Sequence record: NC_015251.1
Direction: 5' to 3' (one strand)
Length of the DNA: 64,000 nt
How positions within the stretch are numbered: position 1 is the stretch's first letter; each line of letters opens with the position of its first letter. The position numbers and the translations under genes are program-made. Positions 44,889 to 52,339 of this stretch are shown piece by piece. The notes beneath the pieces are model-generated. The model ran no database searches. It was given only the letters and a program-made list of their open reading frames with translations, and was not told the origin of the DNA.

Positions 44889-45903
44889 ATGTCTAAAACC
44901 TTCTCCGAACTGTTTGGGTCTGTATCTCAAGCCGTTGCTATGAAAACCTTGGGATTGTCCTCTAGATTTACTGAGGAAGATCTTAAGGCTGCTTACCGTA
45001 AAGCTGCAAAAGAAAACCATCCGGATCGTGGTGGTTCTACAGAAAAAATGCAAAATATCAATACTGCATATGAAGCCCTTAAGGGTAAATCTGGTGCAGA
45101 TCAAGAAATGTCATTTCAAGATAGACAGGCTAAGAGTAAAGAAGAAAAGCAAGTTATTTTGAACTTTGTTACTCATATGTTTGATAAGTTTTTCGACACT
45201 CAGGCTTATCTAGCTTACTTTGAAAAGATGGCAGGGAAGAAATTCCGGTTTGAGCGACATATCAAATCTCCGTCTATCGGAAATTTTGTAGCGGTTGATT
45301 ATAAGTTTACATCAGAAGATAATACCGTATTCTTTGATATGACTGCCATGGCTACTATATTCATTACTAAAGCTCTTGGAGCTGGGTTTGATAAGCCTGA
45401 ACTTAGTGATATGGGCGTAACCACTGAGGTTATGATTGACCGTAAGAAAGTTAAAATGACCCAGACAAATTACAATCGTTCTGAAACTGAAAAGTTCATG
45501 AAAGATCCGAAAGTTCTGTTTCCAGAAACAAAACTGAAAAAGGCTTTTGCAAGTGACAAAAAAGTAAACCCTTTGAAGAAGGCAGATTACGGTTCTGTTT
45601 GTCAAGAAAGAACTTGGCGGTAGAAATCTGGGTGGCGATGATTATGCTATTGACTTAGGTAATGGTTCCGTTTTATACTTCAGTCGTATGACTTGGATGA
45701 GGAAAGGATTGTGGAACGTTTCCGGTCGCACTGCTGACAAACAGCGTTGGTCTGTTACTGCATCGATTTATGAGATTGAGACTCATGAAAATATGGATGT
45801 TATGGCGAATCTTGTAAAAGATCTTAAAACTCACAATTCTGAATCTGTAGACCAGATTGAGACTCGTGTCAAGAAAAATCTTCTAAACGTAAAAACCTTC
45901 TAA
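44889..45903 (+). CDS. J-domain (DnaJ-like) protein; split by an indel near 45590
   Basis: LGL...DLKAAYRKAAKENHPDRGG...MQNINTAYEAL (HPD motif); the frame continues KELGGRNLGGDDY into the 45688-45903 ORF. Confidence 0.85.
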
Positions 45904-45906
45904 ATA

Positions 45907-45941
45907 AAAAGTTTACAAATGGGTTATATTCGTGAGATAAT
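45907..45941 (+). promoter_or_regulatory. T4 early-type sigma70 promoter
   Basis: AAAAGTTTACA-N15-TGaGATAAT; same architecture at 49510-49544 and 50104-50138. Confidence 0.75.
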
Positions 45942-45956
45942 AACCCTATCAAAGAA

Positions 45957-46041
45957 GCTTGTGTGGTGGAACTGGTATACACATTAGACTTAAAATCTAA
46001 CGCCTTCGGGATTGGGGGTTCGAATCCCCCCACAAGCACCA
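45957..46041 (+). tRNA. tRNA-Leu(UAA)
   Basis: Cloverleaf GCTTGTG/CACAAGC, loop CT-TAA-AA, long variable arm, CCA. Confidence 0.95.
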
Positions 46042-46066
46042 AATTTAAAAACAATAGGAAAATATA

Positions 46067-46285
46067 ATGTCTCAGTTTGTTGTAACTCTAGTGGATCCTT
46101 CTCAATTTAACGACATTGAGCGTATGGTTGTTGATACTTCCTTTATCAAAGGACTCTCCGAACGAAAGGGTCTGGCTTATATTACAGTAGAAACTAAAAC
46201 CTCTAGTTATAAGACAATTGCCGTACATGAATCATTTGATCATATTTCGAATATTATGATTCAAACCAGTCGCGGTTACCTGTAA
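46067..46285 (+). CDS. hypothetical protein
   Basis: RBS AGGA; 72 aa. Confidence 0.75.
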   Translation: MSQFVVTLVDPSQFNDIERMVVDTSFIKGLSERKGLAYITVETKTSSYKTIAVHESFDHISNIMIQTSRGYL

Positions 46286-46349
46286 TTTTTAAACGTGTTT
46301 CATCCCCTATCAAATTTTGGTAGGGGATTTTTATTACCAAGAGGTTAAT

Positions 46350-46493
46350 ATGAAAGTTGTTATGAAATCCGGTCAAAATATTGAAGTTAAAGAAGTTATT
46401 TCTATGGCTAATAACCAATCGCTTTTGGTAACCGATACATATGCGGTATGGGTATATGATAATGAAATCAAAGATGTTTTTGTAGGTGATTAA
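46350..46493 (+). CDS. hypothetical protein (47 aa)
   Basis: RBS GAGG; MKVVMKSGQNIEVKEVISM...; stop adjoins next ATG. Confidence 0.65.
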   Translation: MKVVMKSGQNIEVKEVISMANNQSLLVTDTYAVWVYDNEIKDVFVGD

Positions 46494-46494
46494 T

Positions 46495-47691
46495 ATGGAT
46501 TGGGTTGGTATGCCTGCATTTAAGCAGGAAAAACAAAAAGAATATCACCTAATAACTGCAATAGAAATCGTTGATATGTTTTCTGATAAATCACCACAGA
46601 AAATCCTAATTCGTTTTGATAATGATGTAGATCTTAAATTATTTTCTGATAGATTGGGTGTTCCTTTATCCAAATCAGATAAAGAGATTTATTTTGATGA
46701 CATACATACTTTATCTATCCAGACGGATCAACCATTGACCGATAGAACAAAATCTATCTGGTTTCCTCAACTAGTTAGAGGTATTAATGCTGATAAAAGA
46801 TGGTTTGGTGATGATAAGAAAAATCGATATCCTATCTATATTGTTTCGAAAGGTCGTTATAAAAATGGCTTGACATGGAAAGCCTTGGATAGGGTAGGTG
46901 CCGATTATTATGTAGTATGTGAAAACCATGAATTAGAAAATTATTCTGAAGTTGTAGGTGTTCAACGTTGTTTGGTTCTTCCTCAACATTATCTAGATGA
47001 ATATGATACTTGTGATGATCTAGGTAATACAAGAAGTAAGGGACCGGGAGCGGCACGTAATTTTTGTATAGACCATTCAAAAGAACTTGGGTTTAAACGT
47101 CATTGGGTAATGGATGATAATTTGGATGATTTTCATCGCCTGCATAATAATATGAAGTTGCCGGTTAGGACACCTGCATGTTTTAGAGCAGCCGAGGATT
47201 TTGTTGATAGGTTTGACAACGTTCCCGTTAGTGGGTTAAACTACTATTCATTCTGTAAGTCTACAGATAAGGTAAATCCATACACTAAGAATACCCGAAT
47301 TTATTCTTGTCTTTTGATTGAGAATGATAGTGGTTATCGATGGAGAGGACGATATAACGAAGATACCGATCTAAGTTTGAGAGTTCTAAAGGATGGATTG
47401 TGTACTATTCAATTTAACGCATTCTTGTGTGGAAAAGTTACAACTCAAAGAATGCGGGGCGGAAACAGTAAAGAGTTTTATGACGAAGAGGGTACAATGC
47501 CAAAATCAAAAATGATTGAGGACCTACACCCTGACGTTGCCAAAGTAGTTTGGAAATTTAATAGATGGCATCACCATGTTGACTATACAGCTTATAAGAA
47601 TCTTAAATTGAATCTTATAAATCCGGATCAAAAATATAATGAAGTTGATGATTACGGTATGTATATGATTGATGGTATTAAAACAAAATAG
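46495..47691 (+). CDS. GT-A fold glycosyltransferase, TAGT/GREB1-like (putative DNA base hypermodification)
   Basis: YPIYIVSKGR, GPGAARNF, WVMDDN (DxD-like), NTRIYSCLLI, RWRGRYNEDTDLSLRVLKDG, QRMRGGN; fused N-terminal WVGMPAFKQE...TKSIWFP domain. Confidence 0.75.
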   Translation: MDWVGMPAFKQEKQKEYHLITAIEIVDMFSDKSPQKILIRFDNDVDLKLFSDRLGVPLSKSDKEIYFDDIHTLSIQTDQPLTDRTKSIWFPQLVRGINADKRWFGDDKKNRYPIYIVSKGRYKNGLTWKALDRVGADYYVVCENHELENYSEVVGVQRCLVLPQHYLDEYDTCDDLGNTRSKGPGAARNFCIDHSKELGFKRHWVMDDNLDDFHRLHNNMKLPVRTPACFRAAEDFVDRFDNVPVSGLNYYSFCKSTDKVNPYTKNTRIYSCLLIENDSGYRWRGRYNEDTDLSLRVLKDGLCTIQFNAFLCGKVTTQRMRGGNSKEFYDEEGTMPKSKMIEDLHPDVAKVVWKFNRWHHHVDYTAYKNLKLNLINPDQKYNEVDDYGMYMIDGIKTK

Positions 47692-47702
47692 GATACTTAA
47701 AA

Positions 47703-48125
47703 ATGAAAGTTAAGCTAGGTGTATATAATTCTCGAATTTCTGATAAGATGATTAAAAATAGGAATGGAACCATTTTTGTTATTGATCCGAGTGCATTGGA
47801 AAAATACAAACAAACTCTTCCTACAGAGATCAATTACGGTCAACAAATCGATCTTGATGAAATTCGGTCAACCCCAAAACCGGTAGGTCGTATTGATGAA
47901 ATTGAATATGATATCGAAAATGACCTAGTTCATGTTTACGCCAATATCACGAAATATTATAGTGAAATTTGGAATGAACAGCGTGGATTTACTTCATTCT
48001 CTGCTAGGTTGATCGGAAATCTTAGTAAAAAGAATTTTGATAGTGTTTTTGTTACAACTGATGTAATTACATGGGATGTTGAGAATTTCAAAACCGGTTT
48101 GGAGACGGAAGATGGGAAGCTTTAA
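47703..48125 (+). CDS. hypothetical protein, possible degenerate prohead-protease fold
   Basis: NRNGTIF, ALEKY, VHVYANI and SFSARLIG parallel the gp21 motif order. Confidence 0.6.
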   Translation: MKVKLGVYNSRISDKMIKNRNGTIFVIDPSALEKYKQTLPTEINYGQQIDLDEIRSTPKPVGRIDEIEYDIENDLVHVYANITKYYSEIWNEQRGFTSFSARLIGNLSKKNFDSVFVTTDVITWDVENFKTGLETEDGKL

Positions 48126-49137
48126 TACTATTTGTTCGGTAAGTCGCCAGATTGTTGAATGTGGGGATAAGGTAGTATTGTTGGCTATGGCAAATGGCGC
48201 TTGTATTAGCGCCATCCCATTAAACGCCGTATACGATGATTACGGAGACTTCGATGTAGCAAATGACCTTGGCTATGAATGTTTGTTCAAAAACGTTTCT
48301 ATGCACAACGAAGGCGTTACACATGATAATCTGATGTGTTGTTTGGGTTTAAACTCAGATAAACGGTGGACTGTTCCAAATCTATTTTCTACCACAAAAC
48401 GGTCTGAAATTACTTTGTCTGTCATAAAATCTTCGGTATATGATCTAGTTGCAGAATATGGATCCAGAAAATGGAACTACAAGAAAGAGTATAATTTAGA
48501 TCTTAGTTCCCGTTGGGAAAATCGTACTCCCGAATCTACAGCTAAAAATATAAAAAGGTTGGAACTTCAAATTGAAGAATATAAAAAGATGGATGAAGAA
48601 GACTTTTTAATCAATCATATGTATATGATGATTGATAATTTGAAGATGGGTAACGTTCGCCACCACGAACTATATTCACTTAGTCAGTATGGCGATATGA
48701 TCGATCATTATGCACACCATGATGATTCAACCAAAGCTATATTCGATAATATTGATATTTTTTCCAAATTAGAGGATTTCTTTATTGGTATTTCTGCTCT
48801 GGATATTACCCTTGTTCCTCAAGAATATGGTCGCCAGACAGTAAATCAATTCGAACGAGTTAAGATTTTGACTGATATCCAAATTGCTGGATTCAATCAA
48901 ACGGAAAAAATTCAGTTGACACCAATTGAATGGGATGTTAAAGTACCTTCAAATATAGTTGAAGAGTATACCAAACCTAACTGGTCTAATGAAATTGATC
49001 TTATTCGTATTGGAAATTCTCTTGAAATTACGGACTCGAAATATAATGAGTTTAAACAATACAAATACCCAAATGTTTTCTTGAGTGAAGAATTGGTATG
49101 GCCTAACGGTAATTTTGTTGAAAGTGATATGATATGA
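48112..49137 (+). CDS. hypothetical protein
   Basis: Long ORF starting MGSFNTICSVSRQIV. Confidence 0.8.
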   Translation: MGSFNTICSVSRQIVECGDKVVLLAMANGACISAIPLNAVYDDYGDFDVANDLGYECLFKNVSMHNEGVTHDNLMCCLGLNSDKRWTVPNLFSTTKRSEITLSVIKSSVYDLVAEYGSRKWNYKKEYNLDLSSRWENRTPESTAKNIKRLELQIEEYKKMDEEDFLINHMYMMIDNLKMGNVRHHELYSLSQYGDMIDHYAHHDDSTKAIFDNIDIFSKLEDFFIGISALDITLVPQEYGRQTVNQFERVKILTDIQIAGFNQTEKIQLTPIEWDVKVPSNIVEEYTKPNWSNEIDLIRIGNSLEITDSKYNEFKQYKYPNVFLSEELVWPNGNFVESDMI

Positions 49138-49511
49138 CACATGACTCATTTGTATATACTGTTTATAGTCCATGTTTTTGTATTGATGCAAAAACAAATA
49201 TACCGGTTTGGGGTTATCCTAAAGAAGGGGAACCGCCAATTAACATAATTCATCTAGAGAATCAAAGAGTTTATTTTGATGAGTCGATCCGTATTGATCT
49301 GCACGGTCTTGTAACTGCGGTACTTATGTTTATTAGAGAACGAACCCCAGAAGCAACACATCTTTATATGTACAATATAAATGTGGAACATCAATATGTT
49401 GAATATACTTTCATCAATAAAGAAAAGAAGTTGCGCCTAGCAAGGAGTAATATTCATAATAAAAATACACCTTTTGTTGAAAGTGAATGGTTGACCCCTA
49501 ATGAAAATTAA
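49134..49511 (+). CDS. hypothetical protein
   Basis: ATGA overlap with the previous ORF. Confidence 0.75.
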   Translation: MTHDSFVYTVYSPCFCIDAKTNIPVWGYPKEGEPPINIIHLENQRVYFDESIRIDLHGLVTAVLMFIRERTPEATHLYMYNINVEHQYVEYTFINKEKKLRLARSNIHNKNTPFVESEWLTPNEN

Positions 49512-49544
49512 AAGTTTACAAACCACATTTTGATATGTTATCAT
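49510..49544 (+). promoter_or_regulatory. early-type promoter driving CCA-ended ncRNA
   Basis: AAAAGTTTACA-N15-TGtTATCAT. Confidence 0.75.
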
Positions 49545-49551
49545 TGTTTTA

Positions 49552-49690
49552 GATACGAAAAGGTCGAGCGCGATGCGGTAAGGAAGCAAAGCGGTTACAT
49601 CCTTAATACTGAACCGATTAAGTTACGGCGGATGGACTGGGCTTTGGTAAACGGGGAAGCATAGACCCGAGCACCTGAGTAGTATCACCA
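49552..49690 (+). ncRNA. 139-nt CCA-ended structured RNA (T4 species-1/RNA C-like candidate)
   Basis: 5' GATAC pairs with 3' GTATC followed by ACCA; starts about 7 nt after the -10 box; GC-richer than its surroundings; no ORF. Confidence 0.65.
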
Positions 49691-49708
49691 AATTATGGGA
49701 GTTTATTT

Positions 49709-50104
49709 ATGACACGTAATGAGAAATATAAATTAGGAGTTTCTAAATTTATCAAGAAAGGTTTAACATTGATACAATCTAGTATCATGTATAAACAGAC
49801 AGATCCTGAATGGGAAGAAAAAGACGAAATTTATTGCTACCTAAATAAGGATGATAAAGAGATTTACATTATTAAACGTCTTGGGTCGTGTTGTGGTCCT
49901 TGGCTTAGTGTAAGTTGTCGAATTCTTCGTAGAAAAGGTTATGCGGAATTCAATTTTGATGATACAATAGAAGCTGATTATATGGGTGGTAAACGAACTG
50001 CATATCGTGTGATGTTTACATCCGAACCGGAAGTAGTGTATAATGAAAACTTCCCGTTCTACAAATCGAATCTAATTCAGATTTATGAAAAACTAACCAA
50101 ATAA
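49709..50104 (+). CDS. hypothetical protein
   Basis: RBS GGGAG; 131 aa. Confidence 0.75.
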   Translation: MTRNEKYKLGVSKFIKKGLTLIQSSIMYKQTDPEWEEKDEIYCYLNKDDKEIYIIKRLGSCCGPWLSVSCRILRRKGYAEFNFDDTIEADYMGGKRTAYRVMFTSEPEVVYNENFPFYKSNLIQIYEKLTK

Positions 50105-50138
50105 AAAGTTTACACATCATTGAATATTGTGATATGAT
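50104..50138 (+). promoter_or_regulatory. early-type promoter for tRNA array
   Basis: AAAAAGTTTACA-N15-TGaTATGAT. Confidence 0.75.
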
Positions 50139-50202
50139 GGTTATATCGATGAGTCATCGAACAAACAGTTTTGTGATGTACATCTAGAATGTTTAAACTT
50201 GT

Positions 50203-50279
50203 GCGCTGTTAGCTCAGTTGGATAGAGCAACGTTCTTCTAAAGCGTGGGTCGCTGGTTCGAATCCAGCACGGCGCACCA
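50203..50279 (+). tRNA. tRNA-Arg(UCU)
   Basis: GCGCTGT/ACGGCGC, loop CT-TCT-AA, CCA. Confidence 0.95.
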
Positions 50280-50285
50280 AAATTC

Positions 50286-50369
50286 GGGGATGTGGTGAAA
50301 TTGGCAGACACACCAGATTTAGGTTCTGGCGCTTATAGCGTGACGGTTCGAGTCCGTCCATCCCCACCA
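50286..50369 (+). tRNA. tRNA-Leu(UAG)
   Basis: GGGGATG/CATCCCC, loop TT-TAG-GT, CCA. Confidence 0.95.
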
Positions 50370-50385
50370 GATTTAAGGGATAACT

Positions 50386-50454
50386 ATGAAAATCCTCAAA
50401 ATGAAGAAATACCCTTACACATGTAGATTGTGTGGTTGGGATTATGAAAATTGA
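50386..50454 (+). CDS. Cys-containing micro-ORF A (22 aa)
   Basis: MKILKMKKYPYTCRLCGWDYEN*; RBS AAGGGA; paralogue at 51913. Confidence 0.6.
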   Translation: MKILKMKKYPYTCRLCGWDYEN

Positions 50455-50477
50455 AGTTTGTGAATAAAAAGCTTTAT

Positions 50478-50553
50478 GCGGGTGTAGCTCAGTTGGTAGA
50501 GCTTCTGATTTCCAATCAGAATGTCGCGTGTTCGAGTCACGTTACCCGCTCCA
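50478..50553 (+). tRNA. tRNA-Gly(UCC)
   Basis: GCGGGTG/TACCCGC, loop TT-TCC-AA, CCA. Confidence 0.95.
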
Positions 50554-50555
50554 AA

Positions 50556-50630
50556 TTTGTATGTAACTCAATTGGTTAGAGCACGGGACACAAATCCCGT
50601 AGGATGTTGGTTCGAGTCCAATCATACAAA
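50556..50630 (+). pseudogene. tRNA-like element with 6-nt anticodon loop and no encoded CCA
   Basis: TTTGTATG/CATACAAA stem, normal D and T arms, CGGGA-CACAAA-TCCCG. Confidence 0.7.
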
Positions 50631-50641
50631 AATTTCAAGAT

Positions 50642-50719
50642 GGCCCCCATAGCTCAGTTGGTTAGAGCGTCCGACTCATAATCGGGTGGTCACTGGTTCG
50701 AGTCCAGTTGGGGCCACCA
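50642..50719 (+). tRNA. tRNA-Ile2(CAU, lysidine type)
   Basis: GGCCCC(C)A/TGGGGCC acceptor and CT-CAT-AA loop like enterobacterial ileX; one extra C is probably an error. Confidence 0.85.
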
Positions 50720-50740
50720 AATTTTGATGAGAACTATATT

Positions 50741-50935
50741 ATGTCTGGTATAAAATCCATAATTGAAAATTGGTCAGTTGGTGATGGTATAATCCACTGG
50801 AAGAATGGACGTCATAGTTTAGTAGTCTTTGGGTTTGCTCCAAATGGAGAACCTGCATTTAAGTTTAAAGGTAAGAATAAACTTACGTCAGTAAGACAGA
50901 TTGAAAAATCAATAGTGATGGCACATATTCTATAG
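50741..50935 (+). CDS. hypothetical protein
   Basis: MSGIKSIIENWSVGDG...; 64 aa. Confidence 0.65.
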   Translation: MSGIKSIIENWSVGDGIIHWKNGRHSLVVFGFAPNGEPAFKFKGKNKLTSVRQIEKSIVMAHIL

Positions 50936-51177
50936 TCGTAAGCTCTCACGAATTTAATGGTCGTTGACCTTACGATAACAATAAAGCGGGTATGAGTCCC
51001 CTAGCTTTTAAAATTATAAAAGGGATGTTGATGCGCGTATGTAGCCGGGTTATAATGACCGAGATTCATGAAGGGTAAAAGACTACCCTAAATATTAGTG
51101 TAAGAAGAGTATTTTGGGGTTATCGCAATTAAATTGTTATAATTTTTCGGAATACCAGTTACACTAATAAATATTAT

Positions 51178-51253
51178 TGCGAGTTGGAGAAGTGGTCATC
51201 TCGACAGGCTCATTACCTGTAGGTCGGTTGTTCGAATCAACCACTCGCAACCA
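51178..51253 (+). tRNA. tRNA-Met(CAU), fMet-like
   Basis: TGCGAGT/ACTCGCA-A-CCA, loop CT-CAT-TA. Confidence 0.9.
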
Positions 51254-51259
51254 AATTAA

Positions 51260-51335
51260 GGGCGTGTAGTTCCAGCGGTAGAACGATGGACTGTTAATCC
51301 ATGTGTCGGGGGTTCGAATCCCTCCACGCCCGCCA
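51260..51335 (+). tRNA. tRNA-Asn(GUU)
   Basis: GGGCGTG/CACGCCC, loop CT-GTT-AA, CCA. Confidence 0.95.
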
Positions 51336-51337
51336 AT

Positions 51338-51456
51338 TTTGTGTATAGTTTAATCGGTTAGAACATGGTGTGGATCGACTCCACCTTTGCTGAATAGCGA
51401 AATAAATAACTGGCTTTAGTCGCCGGATGGTGCGGGTTCGAATCCCGTTACACAAA
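51338..51456 (+). ncRNA. 119-nt tRNA-like RNA with expanded multi-hairpin anticodon region
   Basis: TTTGTGTA/TACACAAA acceptor, canonical D arm and GCGGG-TTCGAAT-CCCGT T arm; TGGTG/CGCCG stem encloses an insert of about 50 nt. Confidence 0.7.
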
Positions 51457-51464
51457 AAAGTTTA

Positions 51465-51558
51465 GGAAGGTCAACCCGACGGTAGGCGACGGGAGCGGTC
51501 TTGAAAACCGCCGAGGCGTAACAGCGCCTTGTGAGTTCGATCCTCACATCTTCCGCCA
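51465..51558 (+). tRNA. tRNA-Ser(UGA)
   Basis: GGAAGGT/ATCTTCC, loop CT-TGA-AA, long variable arm, GCCA. Confidence 0.92.
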
Positions 51559-51567
51559 AGTTTTAAT

Positions 51568-51643
51568 GCATCGTTAGCTCAGCAGGTAGAGCATGGGACT
51601 TTTAATCTCAGGGTCGCTGGTTCGAATCCAGCACGATGTACCA
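51568..51643 (+). tRNA. tRNA-Lys(UUU)
   Basis: GCATCGT/ACGATGT, loop CT-TTT-AA, CCA. Confidence 0.95.
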
Positions 51644-51649
51644 GTTTTA

Positions 51650-51733
51650 GGATGCATAGGCAAATGGTTAAGCCAGCGGTCTGTAAAACCGTAGCCTTCG
51701 GGCTTCTTGGTTCGAATCCAAGTGTATCCACCA
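51650..51733 (+). tRNA. tRNA-Tyr(GUA)
   Basis: GGATGCA/TGTATCC, loop CT-GTA-AA, CCA. Confidence 0.95.
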
Positions 51734-51739
51734 AATAAT

Positions 51740-51814
51740 AGGTCTATGGTGTAGTGGTAACATGCCGGATTCCAAATCCGTGCGTCTGGGGTTCAAGTCC
51801 TCATGGGCCTGCCA
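51740..51814 (+). tRNA. tRNA-Trp(CCA)
   Basis: AGGTCTA/TGGGCCT, loop TT-CCA-AA, GCCA. Confidence 0.9.
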
Positions 51815-51819
51815 AGTTT

Positions 51820-51896
51820 GGGGGATTAGCTCAGTTGGAATGAGCGACTGGTTTGCAACCAGTAGGTCATCGGTTCGACCCCGATATCCTCCACCA
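51820..51896 (+). tRNA. tRNA-Ala(UGC)
   Basis: GGGGGAT/ATCCTCC with G3:U70, loop TT-TGC-AA, CCA. Confidence 0.95.
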
Positions 51897-51912
51897 ATTT
51901 TAATGAGCTTTT

Positions 51913-52008
51913 ATGAAAATAATCAAGGTAAGAAAGTATCCATATACATGCAACGTTTGTGGTAACGACTATGACGACTGTTATTGTGGATTCTTGTTAA
52001 GTGTGTAA
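51913..52008 (+). CDS. Cys-rich micro-ORF B (31 aa)
   Basis: MKIIKVRKYPYTCNVCGNDYDDCYCGFLLSV*; CxxC...CxC. Confidence 0.6.
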   Translation: MKIIKVRKYPYTCNVCGNDYDDCYCGFLLSV

Positions 52009-52014
52009 ATAGAT

Positions 52015-52313
52015 TATAATTAGGTTATGGGCTCTAGATTCCTAGTCAGTTTCGCACCCTATAATCGCAACGCTGGTTCGAATGTAGATGTTTTGACCGA
52101 CTATAAACTACAGCCAGCAACGTATAAAAATCAGGATAAGTCCTGTAAAATCCTCGGTTGTTTCTAAGTCCCTCTCTGGTTCGTGAGTAATCAGGCGATA
52201 CTAATTATATAAACGGGGTAAATAATTTAAGCGAGATTAGGGTTGCAAACCGAAATCGTAAGTCGTCTTGTACATACCCACTCAAAGAAGGTATGAGTTT
52301 ACAAGGTGCGCCA
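52015..52313 (+). ncRNA. candidate multi-stem ncRNA with interrupted T-arm motif, ending GCCA
   Basis: 9-bp long-range stem 52015-23/52201-09 and several hairpins; no credible ORF. Confidence 0.5.
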
Positions 52314-52339
52314 GTTTTCAGTCTGGTTAAAACTGTTAT

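Noticed and set aside
51465-51558. tRNA-Ser(UGA) resembling selC at its ends (GGAAG...TCTTCCGCCA)
   Set aside because: The anticodon is UGA (reads UCA, Ser), not UCA, and the acceptor stem is 7 bp; an ordinary phage tRNA-Ser
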